64,000 nucleotides of DNA from Candidatus Binatia bacterium. Lineage in GTDB: Bacteria > Desulfobacterota > Binatia > HRBIN30. Where the stretch lies: contig JBBRSP010000001.1 in assembly GCA_038245295.1 (NCBI GenBank), positions 352,001 through 416,000 on the forward strand, written 5' to 3'. The notes under the pieces are model-generated. The model made no database searches. It worked only from the letters and a program-made list of their open reading frames with translations, and was not told the DNA's origin. This document shows positions 17,687-31,428 of this stretch, one piece after another. Position 1 is the first letter of the stretch, and every line of letters starts with the position of its first letter. Position numbers and translations under genes: made by a program.

Positions 17687-18505
17687 TCACACTGGCGTCA
17701 AACGCGTATGCTGCAGGCAAGGCAACTGCTCGCGCACGCGTCGCTGGTGCTCGCGGTCCACCTCCGCGTAGATGACCATCTCGCGATCGGCGGCGCGTGC
17801 GAGTGTCGTACCCCACGGGTCGACGATGAGCGAATTGCCATAGTCGACGACGCCACCGGCACTTTTGCCGATCTGATCCGGAGCGATCAGGTAGACCTGA
17901 TTCTCGATCGCACGGGCCCGTATCAGGATCTCCCAGTGTGCCGCACCGGTCGGAAAGGTGAACGCCGAGGGCAGGGTGATGATCTCGGCACCGGCCTGGG
18001 TCAGGCGGCGAAACAGCTCGGGGAAACGCAGGTCGTAACAGATGCTGAGACCTATCGTGCCGAGGGGGGTGACGACCGTGACAACCTGATCTCCCGGGCG
18101 GCGTGTGTCCGACTCACGCACGGTAACGTGGCCGGTTATGTCGACGTCGAACAGATGAATCTTGCGATACGTAGCGATGATATCGCCGTTAGGATCGAAC
18201 ACCAGGCTGGTGTTGTAGGCGCGCTCGTCGTCGCTGTGCTCTAGGATCGAGCCGGCGACCAGGTAGAGGCCGAGCGAGTGGGCCAGGGCGGCGAGCCGGC
18301 GCGTCGTCGGTCCGGGGATCGGTTCGCGCTGGGCGCTCTCGTCGCGGCGCTCGCCACGCCAGACGAAGACCTCGGGCAGGACCACCAGTCGTGCCCCGCG
18401 CTGCGCCGCTTCGGCGATGAACGCCTCGGCCTTGTCGACGTTGGCTTGCTTATCGACACCGGCGTGCACCTGGATGGCGGCGGCGAGGTACTTTTGGAAT
18501 GCCAT
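17687..18505 (-). CDS. Carbon-nitrogen hydrolase (Nit1/deaminated glutathione amidase-like)
   Basis: VLPE, YRKIHLFDV, ICYDLRFPE and RARAIENQ (E-K-C triad). Confidence 0.92.
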   Translation of the reverse strand: MAFQKYLAAAIQVHAGVDKQANVDKAEAFIAEAAQRGARLVVLPEVFVWRGERRDESAQREPIPGPTTRRLAALAHSLGLYLVAGSILEHSDDERAYNTSLVFDPNGDIIATYRKIHLFDVDITGHVTVRESDTRRPGDQVVTVVTPLGTIGLSICYDLRFPELFRRLTQAGAEIITLPSAFTFPTGAAHWEILIRARAIENQVYLIAPDQIGKSAGGVVDYGNSLIVDPWGTTLARAADREMVIYAEVDREHQRRVREQLPCLQHTRLTPV

Positions 18506-18590
18506 GACGACGCGAGGCTATCTGCCTCTGGTCGGCAACTCAAGGTGCTTGCCGCACAGCAGCACTAATGTTACCCCTGCCGGCCATTCC

Positions 18591-19241
18591 ATGACTCGCC
18601 TGATCAAGCGCTACGCCAATCGCAAGCTCTACGACACGCAGTCGAGCCGTTACGTGACCCTCGAAGGTATCGCCGATCTGGTGCGCTCGGGCGATGACGT
18701 CCGTATCATCGACATCGACAGCGGTGAGGACCTCACTGCCGTCACCTTTGCGCAGATCCTGTTCGAAGAGCAGAAGCGTGAAAACCCGCTGCTTGGGTTG
18801 CCAGTCCTGCGTTGGATTATCCAGCAGGGCGGAGCGGCCATTCAGGAGATCGCCAGCAGCGTCGACCGCGGCCGCGAAGCCCTTGAAAACGTTCGTGAGC
18901 TCGCCGAGCGCGGCGTCAAGCAATTTGCCCAGGGCGGCGAGACGCGGCACCCGGAGAAGACTGCCCACGACGCCAAGAAGCGCGGCATCTTTGAAGAGAT
19001 CCTCGAGCTGCCACAGCGTCAGATCGAACAATTGCAGCATCGCATCGACACGCAGGTGCGCGGGTCGATCGAGCGGGTCGCTTCGCACCCGGCCGTCAAA
19101 CATGAGCTGCAGCGTATCGAGAAGAACCTCCGCCAACTCGAGCAGCAGATCTCGTCGCTGGGACGTGGCAAGCCACCACCGCCCAAGAAACGGGCGGCGA
19201 AAACGCGCAAGGTGAAATCGAACGGGAGGTCGTCGCCGTGA
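18591..19241 (+). CDS. PHA synthesis regulator (PhaR-type) DNA-binding-domain protein
   Basis: RLIKRYANRKLYDTQSSRYVTL...GEDLTAVTFAQI; coiled-coil and basic C-terminus. Confidence 0.85.
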   Translation: MTRLIKRYANRKLYDTQSSRYVTLEGIADLVRSGDDVRIIDIDSGEDLTAVTFAQILFEEQKRENPLLGLPVLRWIIQQGGAAIQEIASSVDRGREALENVRELAERGVKQFAQGGETRHPEKTAHDAKKRGIFEEILELPQRQIEQLQHRIDTQVRGSIERVASHPAVKHELQRIEKNLRQLEQQISSLGRGKPPPPKKRAAKTRKVKSNGRSSP

Positions 19242-19516
19242 ACCGTATCCGCCCAGCCGAGTTACACGCCATCTCCCACGGCCTCGTCGCCGGGTTGCTG
19301 AAATCGGGATTCGTCAAGGCAAAGGCCGAACAGGCTTTGTTGGAGCGACGCGTCTCGGAGCTCATCAACGACACCTTCGAGAAGGCGCAAGCCCTCGAAG
19401 CCGAAGCGGAAAAGCTGGCGGCGGCGCATTCGCGCGAGATGTTCGGCATGGACCAGCGCCGGGTGATCCAGGGCATCCTGGAACGTCTGGCGCGCGAGCG
19501 CGACTTCCCCTTGTGA
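19238..19516 (+). CDS. DUF507-like protein
   Basis: 92 aa, helical, ends LARERDFPL; GTGA overlap with the upstream gene; paired with the next gene. Confidence 0.6.
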   Translation: MNRIRPAELHAISHGLVAGLLKSGFVKAKAEQALLERRVSELINDTFEKAQALEAEAEKLAAAHSREMFGMDQRRVIQGILERLARERDFPL

Positions 19517-19523
19517 GCCAGCC

Positions 19524-19802
19524 ATGAAGTTCAGCGAAGCCCGTAAATCGCATCTGGCGCATGCCATCATTGCCGCTTTCCGTGCCGACGGCCTGGCTGA
19601 GGTCGAGAACGAGATCCTGGCGATGCGCGAGATCAAGCGATTGTTGGACCTCGAGCACACCGTTGATGAACGTCTCGATGCGGCGGCTCGGCGCAAGATC
19701 GCGTCGTTATCGCGTAATGTTCCGCCGGGAAGTCGCGAGTGGGACATCCTCTACCGCCAATACTACGAAGAGGAAGCGCGAAAAGTCCGACCGCGGGGTT
19801 GA
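19524..19802 (+). CDS. DUF507-like protein
   Basis: ARRKIASLSRNVPPGSREWDILYRQYYEEE motif. Confidence 0.7.
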   Translation: MKFSEARKSHLAHAIIAAFRADGLAEVENEILAMREIKRLLDLEHTVDERLDAAARRKIASLSRNVPPGSREWDILYRQYYEEEARKVRPRG

Positions 19803-19826
19803 CACTCGTCTTTGGCTCCTTAGGTT
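19799..19826 (+). promoter_or_regulatory. Putative sigma70-type promoter for groESL
   Basis: TTGACA (19799-19804), 16-nt spacer, TAGGTT (19821-19826). Confidence 0.35.
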
Positions 19827-19925
19827 GCAGCGGGTCTTGCTCAGTCCAACCGCTGTTTGCGACCGCGGCCAAGGCGCCCATTCAGAAATCGAGTACGAAG
19901 AAAGTTGTTACGAAGGAGAAGGTTT

Positions 19926-20213
19926 ATGAAGATCCGTCCGCTGCATGATCGCGTTCTCATCAAGCGCATCGCCGAAGAATCGAAGACCAAGGGGGGCATC
20001 ATCATCCCCGATACCGCGAAGGAAAAGCCTCAAGAGGGCAAGGTCGTGGCGGTTGGTGCCGGCAAAGTCGATGACTCGGGCAAGCTCATTCCGCTCGGCG
20101 TCAAAGTCGGCGACAAGATCCTCTTCGGCAAGTATTCCGGCAGCGAGGTGAAGCTCGACGGCGAGGAACACCTGATCATGCGCGAAGAAGATATCATGGG
20201 CGTGCTCGAGTAG
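19926..20213 (+). CDS. groES: Co-chaperonin GroES
   Basis: [14 protein letters not shown]...[27 protein letters not shown]. Confidence 0.98.
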   Translation: MKIRPLHDRVLIKRIAEESKTKGGIIIPDTAKEKPQEGKVVAVGAGKVDDSGKLIPLGVKVGDKILFGKYSGSEVKLDGEEHLIMREEDIMGVLE

Positions 20214-21872
<1,659 letters not shown>

Positions 21873-21924
21873 GAACCTCTACTCCCCCGTCAGACGTTTT
21901 ATGTCTGGGGGTAGGGTGTGAATC

Positions 21925-21968
21925 AAAAAAGCGGCGCTCCTGGTTTTCCCGGGGGCGCCGTTTGTTTT
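21925..21968. terminator. Bidirectional intrinsic terminator after groEL
   Basis: aaaaaa-gcggcgctcctgg-ttttc-ccgggggcgccg-tttgtttt, between convergent genes. Confidence 0.75.
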
Positions 21969-21995
21969 GAAGAGTGAAGAGTGAAGGGTGAAAAC
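21968..21995. repeat. 7-bp tandem repeat (TGAAGAG)x4, degenerate
   Basis: tgaagag-tgaagag-tgaaggg-tgaaaac. Confidence 0.75.
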
Positions 21996-22814
21996 CTAGT
22001 CGACGGTGCCGAAGCCTCGTAGCTCTCCTTCGCGCGTTTGGCCGCCGGCACTCATGAATGCTTGCATGCGTTCCTGGGCGGCGGGCGTCGCTACCGACAG
22101 GTTGAAGAGGTGTGCCTCTTCGAGAAGGCCCCGCTCGGTCGGCAGCTCGGCCGCGGCGACGGCTTGTTTGGCGAGGGCGATCGCCGATGCGGGAAACGAT
22201 GCGATGCGGAATGCCAGGTCTTCGACGAAGGGCGTAATCTGGTTGGCTGGCAGGGCGCGGTTGATGTAGCCGTAGCGCTCGGCTAACTCAGCATCGAAGT
22301 CGGCGCAACCCAGGATCACCTCGAGAGCCCGCCCCCGACCCATCAAGCGCGGCAGACGCTGCGTGCCGCTGCCCCCGGGGATAATTCCTACGGTGACCTC
22401 CGGCTGCGCCAGCCTGGCCTTGCCCAGGGCGCCGAAGCGCATGTCGAGCGACAGCAACAACTCACTACCACCGCCACGGGCGATGCCTTCGATCTTGCCG
22501 ATGGTTGCTTTGGGCATGGTGCGGAAGCGCTCCACCATGACGTGGAAGAACCCCAGGCGCGTCGCCTTCGGTGGAGCTTCCTTGGGCATCAGTTGGATCA
22601 GCTCGACATCGGCGTGGGCGATGAAGAACTCGGGATCGGCACTCTGCAGAACCAGCACGCGCACCGCGTCATCGGCGGCCACCTCCTGCGCCACACGATC
22701 GAGATCCTGGATCAATGTGATGTCGAGAAGATTGATCGGCGGGTGGTTGATGCTGACGAACGCGACGCCGCGGTCGCTGCGGACACTCAAAGTCGTGTAG
22801 TTGTCGTAGGCCAT
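21996..22814 (-). CDS. Enoyl-CoA hydratase/isomerase family protein
   Basis: FFIAHAD, ARGGGSEL and QPEVTVGIIPGGSGTQRLPRL motifs; GGAGAGGAG RBS before ATG 22814. Confidence 0.92.
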   Translation of the reverse strand: MAYDNYTTLSVRSDRGVAFVSINHPPINLLDITLIQDLDRVAQEVAADDAVRVLVLQSADPEFFIAHADVELIQLMPKEAPPKATRLGFFHVMVERFRTMPKATIGKIEGIARGGGSELLLSLDMRFGALGKARLAQPEVTVGIIPGGSGTQRLPRLMGRGRALEVILGCADFDAELAERYGYINRALPANQITPFVEDLAFRIASFPASAIALAKQAVAAAELPTERGLLEEAHLFNLSVATPAAQERMQAFMSAGGQTREGELRGFGTVD

Positions 22815-22887
22815 GCCAAGCTCCTCTCCTTGCGTCGGTGACTTCACACCTCTCAGCTGGAGGAACAAGTACCCCCGCCTGTGAAGG

Positions 22888-22948
22888 GTAGGGGCGGTTC
22901 GGCTTGTCAGCCGCAGCGCCCTGCGCGGAGGGTGAGAACCGCCCCTAC
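22888..22948. repeat. GTAG-type REP-like inverted repeat
   Basis: gtaggggcggttc (22888-22900) / gaaccgcccctac (22936-22948), perfect 13-bp arms. Confidence 0.7.
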
Positions 22949-25688
22949 TGCGCTGGGCGCAGTTGCAACCCGATCGGCAGAGACTCGTCGAGGATCTTGG
23001 CGCGTTCCTGGCCTTCGAGGGCGATGACCTCGAGCACCAGACGTGCCGCACGCTCGCCACGCGGCAGCGGTCGCAAACGCTCGGCGACACGTTTGCGCAA
23101 CTCGAGATCGAGATCGCTCTCGCGGTCGCCGGTACAACGCGCCATCTGCATGACGGCGAAGGCGGTCGTTTCAGGTCGCTTCCATTCGAGTGGCAGTAGT
23201 TTCTCGACCCACTGACTCGCCACCTCCCGCGTGACCACGCAGTTCAACGGCCCGTGGAACGGCGCGCGCTCTCCCAGTCGGCCGAGCGACCAGATCTCGG
23301 CGTCGGTGGCATCACCCTTGACGATCATCGGCACGAGCACATTCCCGAGCTCGGCCTTGAGCTCCGGTGAGATGCGTTCGCAACTGGCGATGAGCTGCCA
23401 GTATTCGCGAATCTCCTGCGGGCCGACCTTGGGCAAGCCCTTCGCCTTGGCTTTGAATCGCGGCAACAGCCAGGGCGCCACCTCGGCGTGGAGTTGCATC
23501 TGTTGCTGGCGATTCAGTCCGCCGGCGATGCGCTTCCACAGGTTCCACCACTCGGCGCGGCCCTGAGTGGCGCGGGCGAACTTGAGCCCTTCGCTGCGCA
23601 GGCGCCACAACTGCTGCACGCGCACCTCGTCGGTGTCGGTGCCGAAACCCGGACGCAATAGGAACCCTGCCAGGTTGAACCAACGTGCTTCGTGGCCCTG
23701 GGTGAGAGCGCGCTGCGCTCGGCCTTCCCACAAGGCATCCCACAAGCGCCGCAATGCCAGGAGCGGCCAGGCGTCTTTGCCGGTGCCTAGGAACTCCTCG
23801 AGAACACGCATCACGCCGATCGGATCGCCAACGGCCGCGGTTTTGTCCGCCGGGAATACGGCGCGTAGCGCTGCCAACGCCGCTTCGAGTCGTTCTTCCG
23901 GAATCGCCGTCTCGGCCTGCTGCTCGGCGGTGTCCTCGCCGGCCGCGGTTGCACCCGGGTCGCGCAGCTGAAACTGCAAGCGCCAACGATGCTCGGTCTG
24001 CACGGAGTCGCACCACAATTCCAGCGTACCGATCTCCGTAAGGTGAGCGCTCAGACGTACTGGGAGAGCCCTTTGCGTGAGCTTCTTGCCGAAGCGCAGG
24101 ATGGTGCGGATCGGCGGCAGTTCGGTCAATTCGTCACGAGCCGCGGTGATGAGCGCGCCCGGTTGATCGTTGGTGCGTACCGTCGACGCGAACAGGGGGA
24201 ACTGCACGGCGCGATTCGCTACCACTTCGAGAGGATGATCTCCGAGTTCGATCGTCTGGCCGCTTTCCATGCCGCGCGGTACCAGACATAGCGCCGACAC
24301 CGTCGGCTCGTCCGTCGCACCCAGGCCGATGAAGTACGCGCGTGCCGCTCCGCCGCGAATGCGTACGCCGCGTCCGCGTCGCACCAGGCCGAAGTACGCG
24401 GCACCGCGGGCCACCGCCAGATCGAGATCGACACTGGCGAGAATATGCGGCGTGTTGCCGCTCCACGATTGAATCAGGTCGCGAATGCGATTTCGCACCG
24501 CTGCCGGCTTGAGAGCGCCGCCATTGAACAGCAACGCGTCCGGCCACGGAGCTGCATCCTCGGCGCGGTGCTGCCGCAGGAACTGGGCGAGGTGTCGCGA
24601 GATCTCCGGCTCCTGCGCGAAAGGTAATCCGAACTCTTGCAGCGCCGCGCGCACATTGCGCCGCGGTGTCGCTTCGGCGGCGGTGAGCGGGAAGAAGCCG
24701 TCGAGAACGAGCGACTCCACTTCCTGACGCTTCAGTGTCGCCGATAAAGTTCCGCCGATGACCGAACTGCCTCGCCCCACGAGGCGGATCGGCCACTCCT
24801 CCGGCGCGTTCTCGGCGAGCAACGCTTCCTTGGCGTTGCGGCACAGGTTGGTCAGGGCCTGCCAGCGCTGGCCGTCGAGCTTGCCTCCGAGGCGCGGCTC
24901 AAGCTGTCGGGCGAGGGCGACATCGATGTTATCGCCGCCGAGCAATAAGTGATCGCCCACGGCGGTGCGCTCGAGTGCCAGACGACCGTCGACGGTGCGC
25001 GCTTGGATCAAGCTGAAATCGGTGGTGCCGCCGCCCACGTCGACCACGGCGATGAGTCGTGACTCACCGAGGCTGCCTTCCCACGTGGCCTCGTTCTGCT
25101 GCAGCCAGGCGTAGAAGGCGGCCTGCGGCTCCTCGAGCAGGACCGCCTTCGCAAGGCCGGCGCGTTGCGCGGCTTCCACCGTCAACTCACGCGCCACTTC
25201 GTCGAACGACGCGGGCACGGTGAGGATGATCTCTTGCTCTTCGAGCGGGTGTTTTGGAAAGCGCTGCCGCCAGGCCTCGCGCAGATGCTGCAGGTAGCGC
25301 GACGAAGCCTCGACGGGCGAGATCTTCTGCACTTCGTCGGCCGCGGCCCACGGCAGGATGTTGGCGTTGCGGTCGACGCCACCGTGGCAGAGCCAAGACT
25401 TTGCCGAGGATACGAGCCGCCCGGGGACACGTGCTCCCTGGGCGCGCGCGAACTCGCCGACGGCGTAGTCGCGATCCTCGGCCCACGGCAGCTTTAGCGC
25501 GCCGGGGCGCAGGTCATGCTCGCCGCCGAGATAAAGAAACGAGGGCAGGGTGGGGCGCGCTTCGGTGGTTCCCTCGGAGACCAGCTGCACGATGGGAAAA
25601 CTGACGACGCGACGCTGCTCGTCTTGCAGGTCTGCGTAGGCAACGGCCGAATTGGTCGTTCCCAGATCAATGCCGACGACGAAGCGCT

Positions 25689-25692
<4 letters not shown>
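22945..25692 (-). CDS. Atypical Hsp70 family protein with large C-terminal extension (DUF3731-like)
   Basis: GIDLGTTNS, TVPASFD, EEPQAA, DVGGGTTD, LLLGGDNID and LFNGG motifs; C-terminal RWFNLAGFLLRPGFG...WWNLWKRIAGGL. Confidence 0.9.
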
Positions 25693-27466
<1,774 letters not shown>

Positions 27467-27470
<4 letters not shown>

Positions 27471-28126
27471 GGCAGCTCTACCTCGGCCGGGGCGATGATC
27501 GTCGCATCGCCGCTGCTTTGCGGCAGATTCACCTTGGTGGCCTTCCAGCCGCCGTGCTGCAGTGTGCCGCGGAAGGGTGGCTCACCGGTGACGTTGCCGG
27601 TGAGGCGAACGGCATGACGGTCGAAGTCGGCATTGATCGAGACAGGGCTGCCGTCCTCGTCGGCGAGGATGCGGCTGAATTCGATGCGGCCGTCGAGAGC
27701 CTTGCGACAGCCGGCGTGGATCGAACGCACAGCGGCACCGACCTGTTCATCGCTGTACCCATCGATCGGCTCTTGCAGGAAATCGACGAAGCGGCCTTCC
27801 TGCTGCAGCAGCGTCAGGAGCTGCAGCGCGAAAGCCGGAGATGGTGGCGGTGGTGCCGGCCCGGCGGCGGGTTTGGTCGCCGCCGGCTCTGACACCGTGG
27901 CGGCCTCCCTCGACCCCCCGCCAAGGGCGGCACTGAGGGCGGCGAGCAGGACCGGTGAGATTACGAAGAACAGCAGAGCGACGGAGGCGCGATCGTACAG
28001 CGCCTTCAAATCGAACTCGCCGCCGGCATCGGTCACGATATGCAAGAGGAAGACGTTGGCGACGGCGACCAGAGTGCCACCGATCAACGCGATGGCCAGA
28101 GGCCGAGCGGAACCGCGATCGTTCAT
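27467..28126 (-). CDS. DUF2760 family membrane protein
   Basis: Two N-terminal TM helices; ALQLLTLLQQEGRFVDFLQE...VRLTGNVTGEPPFRGTLQHGGW...APAEVEL. Confidence 0.85.
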
Positions 28127-28269
28127 GGAAAGTCCTTTAGGTTGTCTCTTCGGCGGACGGGCGTATAGCCGAGGCGATCCCAGGTGACCAGTCAGTCGCC
28201 GCGAACCGGGCCCGCCCCGGGTGAGGGGGACGTACGCCCCGCATCAGACTCGAAACAGCTGAATTCGCC

Positions 28270-28858
28270 TTAGCGACTCTCGCGGTCGAGCGTGTCGCGC
28301 CCAACGCGCAGGTCGAGGCGACTGAGCACGTCCATCCCGAGCAGGCTCAGGCCCGGCATGGAGCCGACGACCACCTCGACGTTGTGCAGCTCTTCCGTGC
28401 CGATGCGAACCAGCTCGAGCTCGACGATCGACATGGCGGCGACGCCGGTGGCCCCGGCCATCATTTCGTCGCGTCGGGTTCTGACCCCGAGCTCATCGGC
28501 GAGCTCCGGGGCGATCATGGTTTTCTGCGCGCCGGTGTCGACGATCATGCGCAGGTCGACCGATCCTTGGCTGCCCTCCATTTGGGCGCGCACGATCTTC
28601 TGACCGTTGGATGCCTCCAACGGCACTGGCTGGAAGGTGGTGGCGTTGGCCTCGGTGCTGCCGCGCCGCACCGGCTGTGTCGCGAGGGTCGTGCACTGGC
28701 TTTTGCCCCAACGCCGGTGCGGAGTTGGGGAAATGCACCAGACCCTGCTCATCCGTCCACGTGAAGATCTCATCGGCCGCCAGCCGAGCAGCACCAACCA
28801 CGAGGTAGATCCCGAGAACGGGAATCGTCGACAAGGTTTGTGCGCCGCGTCGAGCCAT
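28270..28858 (-). pseudogene. Signal peptide + DUF4124-like + retropepsin-like aspartic protease, split by an apparent frameshift
   Basis: One frame reads MARRGAQ...LAADEIFTWTDEQGLVHF; the +1 frame reads MIVDTGAQKT...LLGMDVL. The switch lies between about 28740 and 28640. Confidence 0.6.
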
Positions 28859-29061
28859 GGAGCGATCGGGTATAGGTGGTATCCGCCGTCCCTCCAACCG
28901 AAAGCTGTGTGCGCTTGCCCCGGGCGCGGAACCAGGATCGTCTGACAAGGTGTCACGGACCGTCACTACTCTCGAGGCCCGAATATTGCGGGATTCGCCA
29001 CATTCACTGCAAACGAGAGGCTTCGATGATGGGTGACAAAGGGTGAAACATCGTCCGACAC

Positions 29062-31350
29062 TCACCCTTTATGTGGCTCACCGTCAGGCTGGTCGTTTAT
29101 GCGGGCCATCCGCACCGCACCTGCCGGGCCGTGCTCGGCGAACCACTCCAGCAACGATTCGCCCAGAGTCGGGCGCATCACGACGCCCAGCGGGGTACCG
29201 TGATCAGAGTCGACGACGATCACCGCGTTGGCGTTCCCGGCAGTCATCGCTCGAGCCAGGCCCCGGAGGTCAGCACCGGCGTCGACGCAGGGTGCTGGGC
29301 GTGCCAGGTCGGCGGCGATCAGCATCTTCGCGAGATCCTCGTCGTGGGCAAACTCATCGATATGCTCACGGAGAAGGACCCCGTACCGGTCCGCCATGCG
29401 TACAATCAAGCACTCGGCGCCGGACCTTTGGATTTGCGCCATCAGCTCGGGCAGCTTCGTCGGGCCGGGCACCTCGACGGCTTTCGCCATGAGGTGCTCA
29501 ATGAACGAAGCTGGGCTTGATTGCCTCATCTTGGGCGCCGCCGCTTTCGCCGGTGGCGCGGCGCGCGCGTACGCCCGTGCGACGTCGCTCATCGCCAGGA
29601 TGCCGATGAGTCTTGTCTCGGATCGTTCGCCAACCACCAACAACTGTCGCACGCCTAGGTCGTCCATACGAACGACGGCTCGCAGGAGCGGCTCGTCGGC
29701 ACCAATCGTGTGTGCCGTTTTCATCAGGGTCGTGACCGCCGCCCGCGATGGTGCGGCGACATCGCGCAGCTCGGCGAGCGACACAACACCCAAGACAGCG
29801 CCGTTCGCGTCGCGAACCGGCGCGACGGCAAAGCTCCGTGAACCAAGCTCCGCAATCGCTTCCGCTACCGTCCGCCGCGACGAAAGACATACGACGTCGG
29901 CGGTCATCGCGTCGCCTGCCGTCAGGTGGTCGAGCGGATGCGCCCGCACGACCGTGTGCGGCAGGAAGATGTCATCTTGCTCCAGTAGAGCCTCATAGAT
30001 GGGTGTTGGTCGCCACTTCCGAGCGATTGCGTACGACGTCATGTTCGCCAGCATCAACGGCAGAACGAGACCGTAGCCGCCGGTCATTTCGAAAATGATC
30101 AGCACGGATGTAATTGGCGCGCGGATGACCCCGGCAAACACCGCTCCCATTCCTACCAGGGCGAACGCACCGTGCTGCTGAACCTCGTGGTCCAGCAGCG
30201 CCACATCGAGATAGCCGAACGCCCCGCCGAGCATGGCGCCCATGAACAGTGCCGGGGCGAAAATGCCGCCGGCGCCGCCGCTCGAATAAGAGAAGACCGT
30301 GGCGATGAGTTTCACGACGCAGAGCACGACAAGGGTGCGAACGCCGAGTTCTCCGGCCAAGGCTTGCCCCAGCGTCTCGTAACCGCCGCCGGTTACGCCT
30401 GTGTTTCCGAGACCACGAAGTACGAGCACCGCCAGGAGACCTGTTACGAGTCCGCCCAGCGCCGGCTGCGCCCACTGCGGCACCACTCGTAGGCTGCGAA
30501 ACCACAAACGCAGCTTGAGCAGGCCATCGGTAAATGCCACGGAAACAACCGCTGCGGCGATGCCAAGCAGCGCATAAACAATGAGAGACGAGGCGTGGTC
30601 GAGACCGTAGGGTTGATCGACCTCGATGACGGGGTGAACTCCGAGGACACCGCGTTCGATGACGGCGGCGAGCGCCGCAGCAACAACGACGCCCGAGAGC
30701 ACGGTGTTGTCGAGAGTGCCGACAATTTCCTCGATCGTAAACGTCACCGCGGCGATCGGTGCATTGAACGCTGCGGCGATGCCGGCCGCCACGCCTACCG
30801 GTGTGAGCCGCCGCATGCTGCGCGGCGGCAGCGCCGTGGCGCGGGCCAGGGAGCTGGCAACGCCGGCACAGATATGGACCGTTGGCCCCTCACGGCCGAG
30901 CGAAGCGCCGGAACCGATCTGCAACGCCGCGACCACAAATTTCCCCACCGCATCGCGGAAGCGAACCCTGCCGCCCTCGGTCGCGAAAGCCTGTTTAACC
31001 TGGGGGATTCCGGAACCGCGCGCATCAGGAACAACCCACGTTAGGATGGCTCCGCCGAGCAAACCACCCACCGTCGGCGACAGCACCGTCCAGATCACGC
31101 CGCTCGTTCCCGGGGTGCGCAGCGCGCGGTCGATGAACAGCGCCTCCAGGGCGCGTATACTGAGATGGAAGGCGACCGCCGCCAGGCCGCAAACGACACC
31201 AACCACCAGCGTCAGCCCGAAAAGATGTTGCGACTCGTTCGGTTGGTACCGCTTCAGCCAACGGCGACCACCGATGCGTATCGCCGCAGCCCGATCCATC
31301 AGGATGGACATCGGCCAGCGTCGGACGACACCGAGGTTTGCACGCGACAC
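29062..31350 (-). CDS. ClC family H+/Cl- antiporter with CBS domains
   Basis: GSGIP, GREGP, AAAFNAP, FTIEEI, GGIFAP and PIYEAL motifs; C-terminal CBS-like repeats. Start uncertain (31350 or 31311). Confidence 0.92.
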   Translation of the reverse strand: MSRANLGVVRRWPMSILMDRAAAIRIGGRRWLKRYQPNESQHLFGLTLVVGVVCGLAAVAFHLSIRALEALFIDRALRTPGTSGVIWTVLSPTVGGLLGGAILTWVVPDARGSGIPQVKQAFATEGGRVRFRDAVGKFVVAALQIGSGASLGREGPTVHICAGVASSLARATALPPRSMRRLTPVGVAAGIAAAFNAPIAAVTFTIEEIVGTLDNTVLSGVVVAAALAAVIERGVLGVHPVIEVDQPYGLDHASSLIVYALLGIAAAVVSVAFTDGLLKLRLWFRSLRVVPQWAQPALGGLVTGLLAVLVLRGLGNTGVTGGGYETLGQALAGELGVRTLVVLCVVKLIATVFSYSSGGAGGIFAPALFMGAMLGGAFGYLDVALLDHEVQQHGAFALVGMGAVFAGVIRAPITSVLIIFEMTGGYGLVLPLMLANMTSYAIARKWRPTPIYEALLEQDDIFLPHTVVRAHPLDHLTAGDAMTADVVCLSSRRTVAEAIAELGSRSFAVAPVRDANGAVLGVVSLAELRDVAAPSRAAVTTLMKTAHTIGADEPLLRAVVRMDDLGVRQLLVVGERSETRLIGILAMSDVARAYARAAPPAKAAAPKMRQSSPASFIEHLMAKAVEVPGPTKLPELMAQIQRSGAECLIVRMADRYGVLLREHIDEFAHDEDLAKMLIAADLARPAPCVDAGADLRGLARAMTAGNANAVIVVDSDHGTPLGVVMRPTLGESLLEWFAEHGPAGAVRMARINDQPDGEPHKG

Positions 31351-31373
31351 CCGGGGCCCATAGCAGCAACAGC

Positions 31374-31385
31374 TTGGATATCCAA
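31374..31385. promoter_or_regulatory. Putative MarR operator
   Basis: Perfect palindrome TTGGATATCCAA in the short divergent ClC/MarR spacer. Confidence 0.5.
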
Positions 31386-31428
31386 CTATCTTGTGTTAGG
31401 TCGCACACATGGAGAAGCGAGCGCCATC

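Noticed and set aside
19803..19925. CIRCE operator upstream of groES
   Set aside because: No TTAGCACTC-N9-GAGTGCTAA match; only a partial TTGACACTC is present.
28726..28734. T-TTC-CCC as a -1 ribosomal slippery site in the protease gene
   Set aside because: Joining the two modules needs a +1 shift; a -1 shift leads to the wrong frame.
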